The notes below the pieces were generated by a model that was given only the letters and a program-made list of their open reading frames with translations, ran no database searches and was not told the DNA's origin. Positions 10,001 through 17,738 of a stretch of DNA of 64,000 nt are shown here, piece after piece. The stretch lies in the NCBI GenBank assembly GCA_027619975.1, contig JAQCGX010000012.1:6845-70844 (forward strand), in the 5' to 3' direction. The first letter of the stretch is position 1. The number at the start of each line of letters is the position of its first letter. This stretch comes from Nitrospinota bacterium (GTDB lineage: Bacteria; Nitrospinota; Nitrospinia; Nitrospinales; VA-1). The translations under genes and the position numbers were made by a program.

Positions 10001-11260
10001 CGCCGTGATGGCTTGCAGTTCCGTGCCACTGATTGAGAACGTGCCACCCGTGGCCCCAAGACCAATGGTGCCGCCTGTGGAGGAGAGTACTGTGGTTGTG
10101 CCATTGACACTGCTCAGAGTGCCATTGAGAATCAGGTCCTGGCCCTTGAGGGTGATACTTCCCTCGCTGGATTCCAACGACCCAAGAGTCAGGTTGCCTC
10201 CGGTCGCGGTCAAATTGATGGCCCGGTTGGATCGAATTTTATCGTTGGTGTCGAGAAAGGTGATTCCTCCAATACCCGCTGTCATGGTGAGGGAACCACT
10301 GATGTTCAGATTGAGAACGTTGTCCGACAGGTTGTTCATCGTGATGGAGTTATCGGCCAGCAATTCGATATTGGTGTTGCCGGAGAGCGCTTCTAAAGTT
10401 TCTTCAAATACGATAGATGTTGTGATCGCCCCACTCGCTCCCCCCGAACCGTTTTTGATGGTTATATCGGTCGGGTCAAGGAGCAGGGTTCCCATCAAGC
10501 CATTTGCCGCCGAGGTGTCCGCCCAGCCGTCGAAAAATAATTCCTCTTTTCCCGATACCTCGATAAAGCCGCCGTTGCCCCGTTGTCTACCGCCGCGCGC
10601 ATAGACCGAGCCGAAAAAGCGCATGCGCCGATCCGCCCAGAAGATACTGCGCCCCCCATCCCCTGACCAGAGCGCATCGTTAAATATAGAAACCCCGCGA
10701 TCGACAAATACTTCCGATGCGGTGGGGGAATTGCCCTGCCCTTGATAATCGCCGCCCACCAACACCGTACCGCCGCCGCTGTATCCAGAAGCATCCAAAA
10801 GTGCGCTGCCAAATAACCCAATACTCTCACCAAACATATGAATCGTACCGCCGGTTTCCCCTTCATTCCTGCCAGATGCGTCCAGCGTTCCTGAAACATC
10901 GACCGCCCCCTCATCCCCGCCCCTAAGAATGATGGTGCCATTTTGGTCCTCTATGGTTCGGGCCTGGATGATTCCCGACATGTTGATCACCTGATCGACC
11001 ACATCGCGGGCGGCATTGACATCCAACCGCACCCTGCCGCCATCGGCATAAATCGCGCCGCTGTTGGAAACTAAAGAAGATAAAACTTCCCCGTCTAAAC
11101 CAGTAACCTGCTGAGTGATCTGGCTGTTCAGCCCCAGGTTGATCAGTTGATCGCCGTACAAATCCAGGGTGAAAGTATTTCCAGAAGCCAGGCTCACTCT
11201 TCCAAGACGCGCTTCGATAACGCCTTCGTTGAGCACGCCAGGGGCCACCAGTGCCACCAA
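7031..11260 (-). CDS. Two-partner-secretion exoprotein (TpsA/filamentous-hemagglutinin-like), part downstream of an in-frame stop
   Basis: The 1,409-aa ORF is open and in frame up to 11332. It continues the TPS domain (GGLVALVAPGVLNEGVIEARLGRVSLASGNTFTL), then carries Gly/Thr/Asn/Ser-rich beta-helix-type repeats and ends in a Lys/Arg-rich tail. It is the same reading frame as 11333-11875. Confidence 0.85.
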   Translation of the reverse strand: MVALVAPGVLNEGVIEARLGRVSLASGNTFTLDLYGDQLINLGLNSQITQQVTGLDGEVLSSLVSNSGAIYADGGRVRLDVNAARDVVDQVINMSGIIQARTIEDQNGTIILRGGDEGAVDVSGTLDASGRNEGETGGTIHMFGESIGLFGSALLDASGYSGGGTVLVGGDYQGQGNSPTASEVFVDRGVSIFNDALWSGDGGRSIFWADRRMRFFGSVYARGGRQRGNGGFIEVSGKEELFFDGWADTSAANGLMGTLLLDPTDITIKNGSGGASGAITTSIVFEETLEALSGNTNIELLADNSITMNNLSDNVLNLNISGSLTMTAGIGGITFLDTNDKIRSNRAINLTATGGNLTLGSLESSEGSITLKGQDLILNGTLSSVNGTTTVLSSTGGTIGLGATGGTFSISGTELQAITAKNLVIGDGTNGNITVDGITAANSNNIAEAVTLNGTKAGSSVTFANSGSSFKTLNVNAASGITLNADLSASGNASLSAGTGITLANGISVSSGGTLSLATTSGIINALGMVTVSSASGITVNSDFTSAGAATFDADSNDDGTGSFTVATGKKVATGNNSLSITGGDIVLTGSLNSGTGTTTLLASKAGTTIGLGAGTGTFSISDAELGRITAGNLVVGDATNGDITVDNVTPANSNNIAGTTTLNATKSSSKVTFANNASTFNALTVNAGNGIAANATVTADTGNMVLNGGTGGITGTGATTLTATAGGLTLNSSLNSTGSASLTAGTGITLANGVNISSGGILSLATTLGDITAQGAVAVSSETGISLNNNFTSAGAATFDADSNDDGTGDFTVATGKTVSTGNNSLSITGGDIVLTGSLDSGTGTTTLLASNGGTIGLGAGAGAFSIDDGELGRITAGNLTVGDNTNGSITVDGVTATNITGTTTLNATKTGSKATFNNNSTFNALTVNADDDVTVSGNLSTGNNALSIKGKDMILTGSLDSGTGTTTLLASNDGTIGLGATAGGLTVDGGELQKITAGNLVVGDATNGDITVDGITALNSAKITGTTMLNATKSTSNVTFANASTFGGPVSLNAGANATVVTNDALTLASSTIGGTLTVNVAGGNGLIVSGNQTVGGPITMTAGNDITLTGGLFTSSASASAVTLSAGGGIFDGDLTGDLDIDAASGGLVVNSVTGFGATANAIETKVASVDINNTGLGEINIFETDSLNIVNINHSGTGDINVSFLGALTGETNAIAANGTKTFTNRDSGSLFLPEFGKTLSEVSTERTVNITNTLKDNYFFGNQPSPTKGNTVAQMLSGPESGPFVTNVFDENFALIKVAKGSRRAHAGLRGFASFWGPLGTSNTEQVKRPSRESLREEAKLKQERSKKRKAGKRKARPRLKNARVKSVGDTAALPIVQKPRQKQKRGQKQTSSWLGSQFGNFFK
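8000..10170 (-). repeat. Internal tandem modules of the TpsA passenger (four units starting near 10165, 9532, 8788 and 8425)
   Basis: The unit starts are GS-ITLKGQDLILNG, GNNSLSITGGDIVLTG (twice) and GNNALSIKGKDMILTG. Measured unit lengths are 210 aa, 248 aa and 121 aa, followed by a last unit of about 130 aa. The DNA is also repeated: gacccggtaag[ag]acgatatcgccgccggtgatgga occurs near 8749 and 9490. Confidence 0.8.
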
Positions 11261-11332
11261 CCCACCCTGGGAGGCGGTGATCCGGCCCCGGTTGACGATA
11301 ATGCCGCCCCGGTCCGATGGAATATTGAAATT

Positions 11333-11875
11333 TTAATTGCCGGCCATGAAATTTTCGTTGGTGATGTTACTGGTCGTGGCCACCAGCCCGTGCACGTCGA
11401 TTCTCGACCCGGCGCCGAACAAAATGCCGTTCGGGTTGATCAGCATGAGATTGCCGTTTGAGGTCAGACTGCCGAAAATATCTGACCGCTCACTGCCAGT
11501 CACCCGGTTCAGGGTCACTCCGCTGGACGAGGGCAGTTGAAACTCGACCTGTTCGTTAGCACCTATTCCGAACGTGCGCCAGTCGATGATGGCTTTATCC
11601 GTTGACTGCTGAATGACCAGCGTATCTGGAGAAGGTTGATTGATAGCAGCTGACCCCGCCTGAACCGTGGGGTCTGAGGGCAGGGCATAGAGCATCGAAG
11701 GAAAAATTCCCAGCAAATATGTCATGAACGAGACCAGGAAGATCAGCACGTTGCCGGGCTTGCGTGGCGTCCCGAACACCAGACGGGAACGCCGGGGGGG
11801 AGGCCTGGGGCTGGTTTTTCCAGACGGTTTGAAAAGGTCCGGAAAGATCAGCTGGCTGTTTTTAAAAGTATTCAT
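11333..11875 (-). CDS. TpsA N-terminal fragment (signal region plus first part of the TPS/haemagglutination-activity domain), ending at an in-frame TAA
   Basis: 180 aa. Contains IIDWRTFGIGANEQVEFQLPSSSGVTLNRVTGSERSDIFGSLTSNGNLMLINPNGILFGAGSRIDV, which includes the conserved NPNGI motif of TPS domains. The TAA is at 11333-11335. Confidence 0.85.
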   Translation of the reverse strand: MNTFKNSQLIFPDLFKPSGKTSPRPPPRRSRLVFGTPRKPGNVLIFLVSFMTYLLGIFPSMLYALPSDPTVQAGSAAINQPSPDTLVIQQSTDKAIIDWRTFGIGANEQVEFQLPSSSGVTLNRVTGSERSDIFGSLTSNGNLMLINPNGILFGAGSRIDVHGLVATTSNITNENFMAGN

Positions 11876-11884
11876 ATAATTAAC

Positions 11885-13594
11885 TCAATACCTTGCCGAC
11901 AGACTGAAAAATACACGGGGGTCCTTGTTCCCCTCCGAGGCCACTTCACGGCCCAGGGGCTTGGCGACCTCCAGATAACCCGAAAGATATTCGTTTAAGT
12001 TGAACCGCGTGCCGATCCCTGTGGAGGTCAGATCCTGTTGCCGTGCCCCAGTAGACGTTGGAATCCGACTCCAGACGGCCCCATGGTCAATGAAAGCGTA
12101 CGCTTGCAGATTGCGCAGAAATTTCATTTTCAACTGGAACGCCCGTTGCAGTTCCAGCTTGAAGGCCACTCCTTGATCCCCGGTGATTTCTGAAGGATCG
12201 AACGCCCTGCCAAAACCGGGACCACCGACGCCGAATTCTTCTGAGGCCAGAAGTTTTTCAAAGGCATATTGCCCTGTGGCGGAAAATAACAGCATCCATG
12301 CCGGAGCTAATTGCTGCAGACGTTGAATTTTTCCGGTAATTTTGGTGAAATCGCTTTTTCCCTGCGGACGAGACAGGTTGAGAGAACCGGGTTCAGTGGC
12401 ATCCAGTAGATTCAACCCCTGGCTGATATCGAAACTGAACAGATTCACGCCGCGAAATCGATCGGCGTAATCGTAGACCGCTCCCAGTTGGACAACTCGC
12501 AGACGGTCCTCAGAATCCAAAGTGCCTAAAATATCTGTTTTGGTATTCCTATGGGTGTAGCTGAAGTGACCCCGTAAATTCTCGCCACGCGAACGAATGA
12601 AGGGATGCGTCAACCCTGTTGAAAAGGTAAAGGTCTCGCCTTCGACATCGAAAACTTCCAGACTCGAACCGGGCTGGGAGTTGCTGAAAGAGCCGGACAG
12701 ATTGAACATGGTTCCCTCGTTGGTCACGGGAACTTCGTAAAACCCATTGATATAAAATAACTCACCCGGATCGCTAGTCGTCACACCCTGAACCCCAAGG
12801 CGTTCGTACCCTCCCATGAGAGAATTTTCAGATGCGCCCGCAAACAATTGAAAGGGACCGTTGAATTTTGTGCCGCGGTTATCCACACCGGCATGGACAT
12901 CCACCGGCTTGTTTTCAACGATGAGGGTGAGATCGGATGTTCCCGGCTTGTCTTTAGAGGGTGTTAAAACGGATTTTACCGAGACTCCCGGCAAATCATC
13001 GATCAACAACAAATAGCGTTCCAGGTCTTTGGCGTGCAGAGGACGCGAGTTCAACAGGCGTTTGCGGTAGGCGTTCAACAGTGATTTCGGGCCCTTCACC
13101 TGGCCCTGCACCCACACGTTATCGATGCTCCCCTCCATGATATCCACCCGCACAATGCCGTCATCTATCTTCTGCGCCGGCACAATCGCCTTGCTCAAAA
13201 TATAGCCGTCATTGCGATACTTCTTGGTGATCGCATCTGCAATGCGGTAGATATGCGCAAGTGTGGTCTGCTTTCCCAAAAACTGGCGATACAGAGGCAA
13301 AAACTGGCGATTCTTGTATACGGTAGAACCCCGAATCTGCAAATGTTTCAATTCAAATTTGACCTTTTCCAGTTCCTTTGGGAAAAGCGGGGCCAGTGTA
13401 TCGGGTTCCACCTGTATCACCGTGGACTGAGGTTGCTCCTGTTTTTCCTGACTTTTTATGAACCGGTCCGGGGCCGCCTGTTTGAACACCCGATCCCGTC
13501 CTTCGGGACTGATCTGGGCGTTCGCGTCCATTGCAGACAAAAAAATCCCGACCACGGCGAGAAGAACCACAAAATTAATTTTCAAAAATCTCAC
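11885..13594 (-). CDS. TpsB outer-membrane transporter (ShlB/FhaC/HecB family: POTRA domains plus beta-barrel)
   Basis: 569 aa with signal peptide MRFLKINFVVLLAVVGIFLSAMDANA. GTG start preceded by aagagg. POTRA-like region LQIRGSTVYKNRQFLPLY and a C-terminal barrel ending FFSLSARY. It sits immediately upstream of tpsA, which is the classic tpsB-tpsA order. Confidence 0.85.
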   Translation of the reverse strand: MRFLKINFVVLLAVVGIFLSAMDANAQISPEGRDRVFKQAAPDRFIKSQEKQEQPQSTVIQVEPDTLAPLFPKELEKVKFELKHLQIRGSTVYKNRQFLPLYRQFLGKQTTLAHIYRIADAITKKYRNDGYILSKAIVPAQKIDDGIVRVDIMEGSIDNVWVQGQVKGPKSLLNAYRKRLLNSRPLHAKDLERYLLLIDDLPGVSVKSVLTPSKDKPGTSDLTLIVENKPVDVHAGVDNRGTKFNGPFQLFAGASENSLMGGYERLGVQGVTTSDPGELFYINGFYEVPVTNEGTMFNLSGSFSNSQPGSSLEVFDVEGETFTFSTGLTHPFIRSRGENLRGHFSYTHRNTKTDILGTLDSEDRLRVVQLGAVYDYADRFRGVNLFSFDISQGLNLLDATEPGSLNLSRPQGKSDFTKITGKIQRLQQLAPAWMLLFSATGQYAFEKLLASEEFGVGGPGFGRAFDPSEITGDQGVAFKLELQRAFQLKMKFLRNLQAYAFIDHGAVWSRIPTSTGARQQDLTSTGIGTRFNLNEYLSGYLEVAKPLGREVASEGNKDPRVFFSLSARY

Positions 13595-13900
13595 TCGGCC
13601 TCTTTTTTTCTTTCAATCACTTTTCAATTTCTTATCGGACCCGATTATTCATTGCCAAACGCATTGTCTGCCCTGTTCGCCAAAGAAAATTTGCGGCAAT
13701 ACTCTCAATAGACAAGACATAACCTCTGCATTTCCGGGGCTTTTGTAACATATTGTGTGAATCTGCAATTCACCTGATTCCGGATGGATGAAACGCTGGG
13801 TTTCTTTCCGATCATTTACCTATCGGAATAGCGGGATATACTCTTGAGTGACTAAACCATTCAATAAAAAAGCGTTACCAACGGTTTTCCAGCATGTTGG

Positions 13901-13916
13901 AGCAAGGTCCGTGCCA
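13901..13916 (-). promoter_or_regulatory. Sigma54 (-24/-12) promoter for the tpsB-tpsA operon
   Basis: The minus strand reads TGGCACGGACCTTGCT, an exact fit to TGGCACG-N4-TTGCW. It is intergenic and correctly oriented. The predicted start near 13890 would give a leader of about 295 nt. Confidence 0.6.
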
Positions 13917-14111
13917 AATAAGCACACAGCCTGGCACAGGTAAACTTACTATTTTTAAAGGCTTTATGAACCACTTCCCGACCCGTTGGCGAGAAACTTT
14001 CAGAAGTGAGGAAAATTGTTCCAACAAGATGAGGAAGAAATTGTCTTAATCCTATTAGAATTACATTTTATGAAAATTAATCAGTAACACCTTATGCATA
14101 AAATTCATTTC

Positions 14112-14120
14112 TGCTATAAT
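14112..14120 (+). promoter_or_regulatory. Extended -10 promoter element (TGCTATAAT)
   Basis: tgctataat at 14112-14120, about 49 nt upstream of the small ORF at 14169. The -35 region is weak (ttatgc). Confidence 0.35.
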
Positions 14121-14168
14121 AATCAATGACTTAAACAATATTCCTGTCACCTGAAGGGAGTCCCATCC

Positions 14169-14339
14169 ATGGAAAATTTAAAAACCCTGAATATGTGCGA
14201 TTTCTGCTCCAAAGAAATCACGGTCTGTGGTGCAAAAACCGTCCTGGCAAAAGAAATTGACACCGATCAAAGGCAGTTTACGGCTCTTCTGATGCGGTCA
14301 TTGCCTGTGATGGATACGAAAGCCCCGTGGATATTTTGA
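14169..14339 (+). CDS. Small hypothetical Cys-containing protein (56 aa)
   Basis: Below the ORF-track cutoff. My translation is MENLKTLNMCDFCSKEITVCGAKTVLAKEIDTDQRQFTALLMRSLPVMDTKAPWIF. It is preceded by gaagggag (SD-like) and the TGCTATAAT element. Confidence 0.3.
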   Translation: MENLKTLNMCDFCSKEITVCGAKTVLAKEIDTDQRQFTALLMRSLPVMDTKAPWIF

Positions 14340-14513
14340 AAAAACAGTTCCACTAAGACCCCCCTGACATCTCCTCTATTTTGTTGACAGACCTGTAACT
14401 TCAACTTAACGGGCACGTGATACCCGCCTCCTATACTCCTTGAATAACTTATGGGAATCTTTTGGAGAGCATCCCCAGAGATTCAAAATTTTCAATTTTC
14501 AGAGAGGGGTATC

Positions 14514-14930
14514 ATGGCCAACGAAGAGGAATCTAAAAGAAAACTGGTCGAGTTCTTGTGGGTTGAAATCAACCGCGCCATAATCAACTCGGTGGAGGTG
14601 AAGTCCTGCATTAAAATCCTAAAGGATTTAGAACTGCTGGACCATATTGAGGATTACAACCTCGTGCTGGACGTCAAGGCTTTGATCGAATTGATTAAAA
14701 AGAAAGATGAAAAAGACGATGCGATTCCTTCGAGGGAGGACAAGGATGACGCGTCTCCAGAAACGGGTTCAGCAAAAGCCGAACAGAAAAAGCAACCTGC
14801 CAAGGGTTCTTCACAGAAAATCGACGGAAAAAGTTTGACCGAAAATGAAGTTCTGTTTCAAAAACATCTTGAGCGAAATTTCGACGAAAGTTTGTGGCTG
14901 AAAAAGGTGGGAATCCGGTTTCTTAATTAA
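14514..14930 (+). CDS. Hypothetical protein
   Basis: The ORF runs 14451-14930. I place the start at the ATG at 14514 (MANEEESKRKLVEF...) because gagagggg lies 5-6 nt upstream. No family recognised. Confidence 0.5.
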   Translation: MANEEESKRKLVEFLWVEINRAIINSVEVKSCIKILKDLELLDHIEDYNLVLDVKALIELIKKKDEKDDAIPSREDKDDASPETGSAKAEQKKQPAKGSSQKIDGKSLTENEVLFQKHLERNFDESLWLKKVGIRFLN

Positions 14931-15035
14931 CCGTGATATAGACACGAGACTTTCGTCTTTGATATCGCAACCGCGCAATCCAGCCGGTTGCGCATGTCTT
15001 TGCCGACGCGCAGATAAAGCAGGGTGAGGAGAAAA

Positions 15036-15302
15036 TCAATCGCCTGCCTTTTTCACATTATCGGCAATTAAAACCACACTGGTTTTGTTGATCGCCAGAA
15101 ACTCAGCTTCAAACATAAGTTCTCCCGTGTTGACATGATAAACTTTGGCGGCGGTGACCGGAATGAAAGGCCCGCTGTCATGATTCAACATGTCCAGCAA
15201 CCGATTTTGCGGCAATATAAAAATAGTTCCTTCAATTTTCTCGTTGGTTGTTCGGATGATTGCATCGATTTTTTCTTTTTTTACCACGGCCTTATAAGCC
15301 AT
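15036..15302 (-). CDS. Hypothetical small protein (88 aa)
   Basis: The ORF runs 15036-15335. The internal ATG at 15302 (MAYKAVVKKEKIDAIIRTTNEKIEGTIF...) is preceded by agagga at SD distance. No family recognised. Confidence 0.5.
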   Translation of the reverse strand: MAYKAVVKKEKIDAIIRTTNEKIEGTIFILPQNRLLDMLNHDSGPFIPVTAAKVYHVNTGELMFEAEFLAINKTSVVLIADNVKKAGD

Positions 15303-15450
15303 AATCTTGTTTCCTCTAAAGTTTCCAGTTAGCAAACGACACAGAAAAACATGGGCAAAGTGTAACTGCCAATGATTTCAAAATCCACATAAACCTAGAC
15401 TGAAAAAACAACAAGACTCGTTTCATCAGGTCAAAAACCGGAACAGTAAA

Positions 15451-15479
15451 TTTACAAAATCAAACCTGTATGCTACGAT
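15451..15479 (+). promoter_or_regulatory. Sigma70-type promoter with extended -10 (TTTACA, 17 nt, then TGCTACGAT)
   Basis: tttaca at 15451-15456, TG at 15471-15472, tacgat at 15474-15479. Correctly placed for the phosphohexomutase gene. Confidence 0.35.
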
Positions 15480-15494
15480 TTCGCACGCTACAAC

Positions 15495-17717
15495 TTGCAC
15501 CCCGACTCTCAACAGGAAAACGGGTTTTATCTTTTTCATCGTTCAGCGTCTCCTCCTTGGAAATCAGGACAACACCCCATGAATAAAAAGCCACAACCTT
15601 TGAAACCACTTCCGCTCAGGCTCCAGGGAACGGACGGCATCCGCCGGGAAGTCCGGCGGGCTTCATCAAAAGAGTTCTCAGGATTGACCCCGCAACAGGT
15701 CTTTCTTGAACGCGGGTTCATCACTGAAGAATTCATGGAACTATATGCCTTTGCTTATGTGGATAACTTAATCAAAAAGGGTGAAGCCAAACCCGGCGAC
15801 GGATTCGTGGTCGGCTGGGACCCCCGGGATGTAAAGGGAAACTTTACCGGGGCTGTGATTGAGGGAATAAGAAAGGCCAATGCGAACGCCTTGACAATAG
15901 GCATCGTCCCCACGCCTCTGGTGCCCAAATACATGCTTTACAAAGAAGCCCAGGGAGGCTTCATGGTCACCGCCTCCCACAACCCGAAAGACCAAAACGG
16001 GATCAAAACGTTTTGCGCCTATCGTGGCATGAAGCTGCTTCCAGATAACGATATCGAACTCACCCGCGCCATCCTTTCGATCGACTACCCGGCTTTAAAG
16101 AAAGCACCCCTGAAAGGAACTGAACAGGACTGCCGCAATGAAGCGCTGAATTTATTCGCAACGTTCTCCCTGCTCCCTGAAAACTCCTGGTCCGAGCCGC
16201 AACCGGGAAAACCCATTGCCTTCACCAACATCGTTCTTGTGGTCGATCCGGCCAAGGGATCGCTCTCCCAAATCGGGGCGGAGGTTTTTCGCAAGGCAGG
16301 GTTTGGCCAAGTGATTGAGGTCAATGCCACACTGGACGGCGATGTCAATCTTTGGAGCGGAGTGGCGGACCTTGAGGGACACTCACATATTTCATCGTCA
16401 ATGATCGATAAACAGTCGGGACATTTTCGCAAGCACAAAGCCGTGTTAAAACTTTTTGAACTGGGCCGGAAACTCAAACCAAAGATTCTGGAAGGAACTA
16501 AACGAGTCGCGGGAGCTGTGTTCGATGCCGACGGCGATCGGTTTTACCGGCTGGAATACAACCCCTTTAAGGATGAATTGCTGGTAATGAGCGGCGATGA
16601 AACGGCATTCCTGCAGGCCATGTACCTGATAAAAAATGATCCCAGGCGCTACAAAAACACACTGTATATCAATACCGTTGAAAGCGATCTCAACGCGGCG
16701 GTTGCGGTAAAAAAACTGGGGCTCAAGCCCAAACTGACTGCTGTTGGAGATAAGTGGATACTCCTGCAAACCGCGCTCCTGCTCGTGGAAGCACGATTTA
16801 AAGCGCTGAAGAAAACCTCGGGATGCGCTCTTCCCGCAAGCCTGCAAAAAAAATGGGATACTGTGCGCAAATCGGCCACCCTCAATGTCGATGCGTTTCA
16901 GAAACTGGAAGCAACGATTGACGCTCTGGAGAAAAAAAATCCATCGGTAAAATCCGTCGATTATTCGCGCCTTCTAGCCTTTGCCGTGGGAAGCGAGGAA
17001 ACCGGCCACAACATCACCTCAGGCAGGCTCAATCTGGAATCCGGAAAATCCATGCCGGTGTTTTTTGGCAACGGGCTCAAAAGTGCTCTCAACACCTTTG
17101 CCGCTACGGAATATCTTTTTGTGGGAAAAACGCCTCGCGCATATTTCTCCGGCATCCACAAACCGTTCAAACCCGGTTTCAAGGAAACGCTTTACGTTTA
17201 TTATGTGCAACAAGAAATGTTCCATAAAGATTCCGCCATCTGGAAGCAGATCAAAAAATCCCTTCTGGCCGATGCAAAAACTGCAGGCTTTAGAGGCGGC
17301 ATTGTGGAATTCCCTGAAGACCCTGACATGTTGTATATTTCCCTGAAACCCGGTTCCAGCAAAAATGCAACCGCTGGAATATTCGTGCGCAATTCAGGAA
17401 CCGAAAACAAGATCAGCATCAACCTCAGGGGAGATCAAAAAGAAGCCCGCCTGCTGAAAAAAATCGGCGAAAGCGCCATTCGTCTGCTTTTAGGAACGCT
17501 CAAGGACACGGGCGACCATTTTTACAAACTGGAGTTGGATGTATTGAGCCAGGTGGCCATACAACCGATGCAGGAAGATGAGTTGGTCCTCGAAAAGCAG
17601 TCCCGAACCCGGATAATAGCTGAAATGGGAAAACAGAAGCTGATCGAATTGACCGCAAAAGGTTATCGTTTAACAGCAAGAGGAAAATGGTATATTGCCT
17701 CGAATCAAATCGCCTGA
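15495..17717 (+). CDS. Alpha-D-phosphohexomutase superfamily protein, unusually long (712-740 aa)
   Basis: All four signature loops are present: GTDGIRR; the phosphoserine loop TASHNPKDQNGIK; the Mg loop FDADGDR; the sugar loop GSEETGHN; and the phosphate loop RNSGTENK. The start is either TTG at 15495 or, more plausibly given the promoter, ATG at 15579 (MNKKPQPL...). Confidence 0.8.
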   Translation: MHPDSQQENGFYLFHRSASPPWKSGQHPMNKKPQPLKPLPLRLQGTDGIRREVRRASSKEFSGLTPQQVFLERGFITEEFMELYAFAYVDNLIKKGEAKPGDGFVVGWDPRDVKGNFTGAVIEGIRKANANALTIGIVPTPLVPKYMLYKEAQGGFMVTASHNPKDQNGIKTFCAYRGMKLLPDNDIELTRAILSIDYPALKKAPLKGTEQDCRNEALNLFATFSLLPENSWSEPQPGKPIAFTNIVLVVDPAKGSLSQIGAEVFRKAGFGQVIEVNATLDGDVNLWSGVADLEGHSHISSSMIDKQSGHFRKHKAVLKLFELGRKLKPKILEGTKRVAGAVFDADGDRFYRLEYNPFKDELLVMSGDETAFLQAMYLIKNDPRRYKNTLYINTVESDLNAAVAVKKLGLKPKLTAVGDKWILLQTALLLVEARFKALKKTSGCALPASLQKKWDTVRKSATLNVDAFQKLEATIDALEKKNPSVKSVDYSRLLAFAVGSEETGHNITSGRLNLESGKSMPVFFGNGLKSALNTFAATEYLFVGKTPRAYFSGIHKPFKPGFKETLYVYYVQQEMFHKDSAIWKQIKKSLLADAKTAGFRGGIVEFPEDPDMLYISLKPGSSKNATAGIFVRNSGTENKISINLRGDQKEARLLKKIGESAIRLLLGTLKDTGDHFYKLELDVLSQVAIQPMQEDELVLEKQSRTRIIAEMGKQKLIELTAKGYRLTARGKWYIASNQIA

Positions 17718-17738
17718 AAAATTCATAAACAAGACCCC

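Noticed and set aside
8001-10604. An 867-aa plus-strand ORF, the second-longest ORF in the region
   Set aside because: It is exactly antisense to the tpsA passenger. Its Pro/Val/Ala/Leu-rich sequence is the mirror of the Gly/Thr/Asn/Ser repeats. It has no recognisable domain, whereas the minus strand continues a TPS domain. It is an antisense shadow of a repetitive gene.
11333-11335. The in-frame stop in tpsA as programmed recoding (selenocysteine or pyrrolysine)
   Set aside because: The codon is TAA. Sec uses TGA and Pyl uses TAG. I saw no SECIS-like hairpin immediately downstream, and no recoding mechanism is known for TAA in bacteria.
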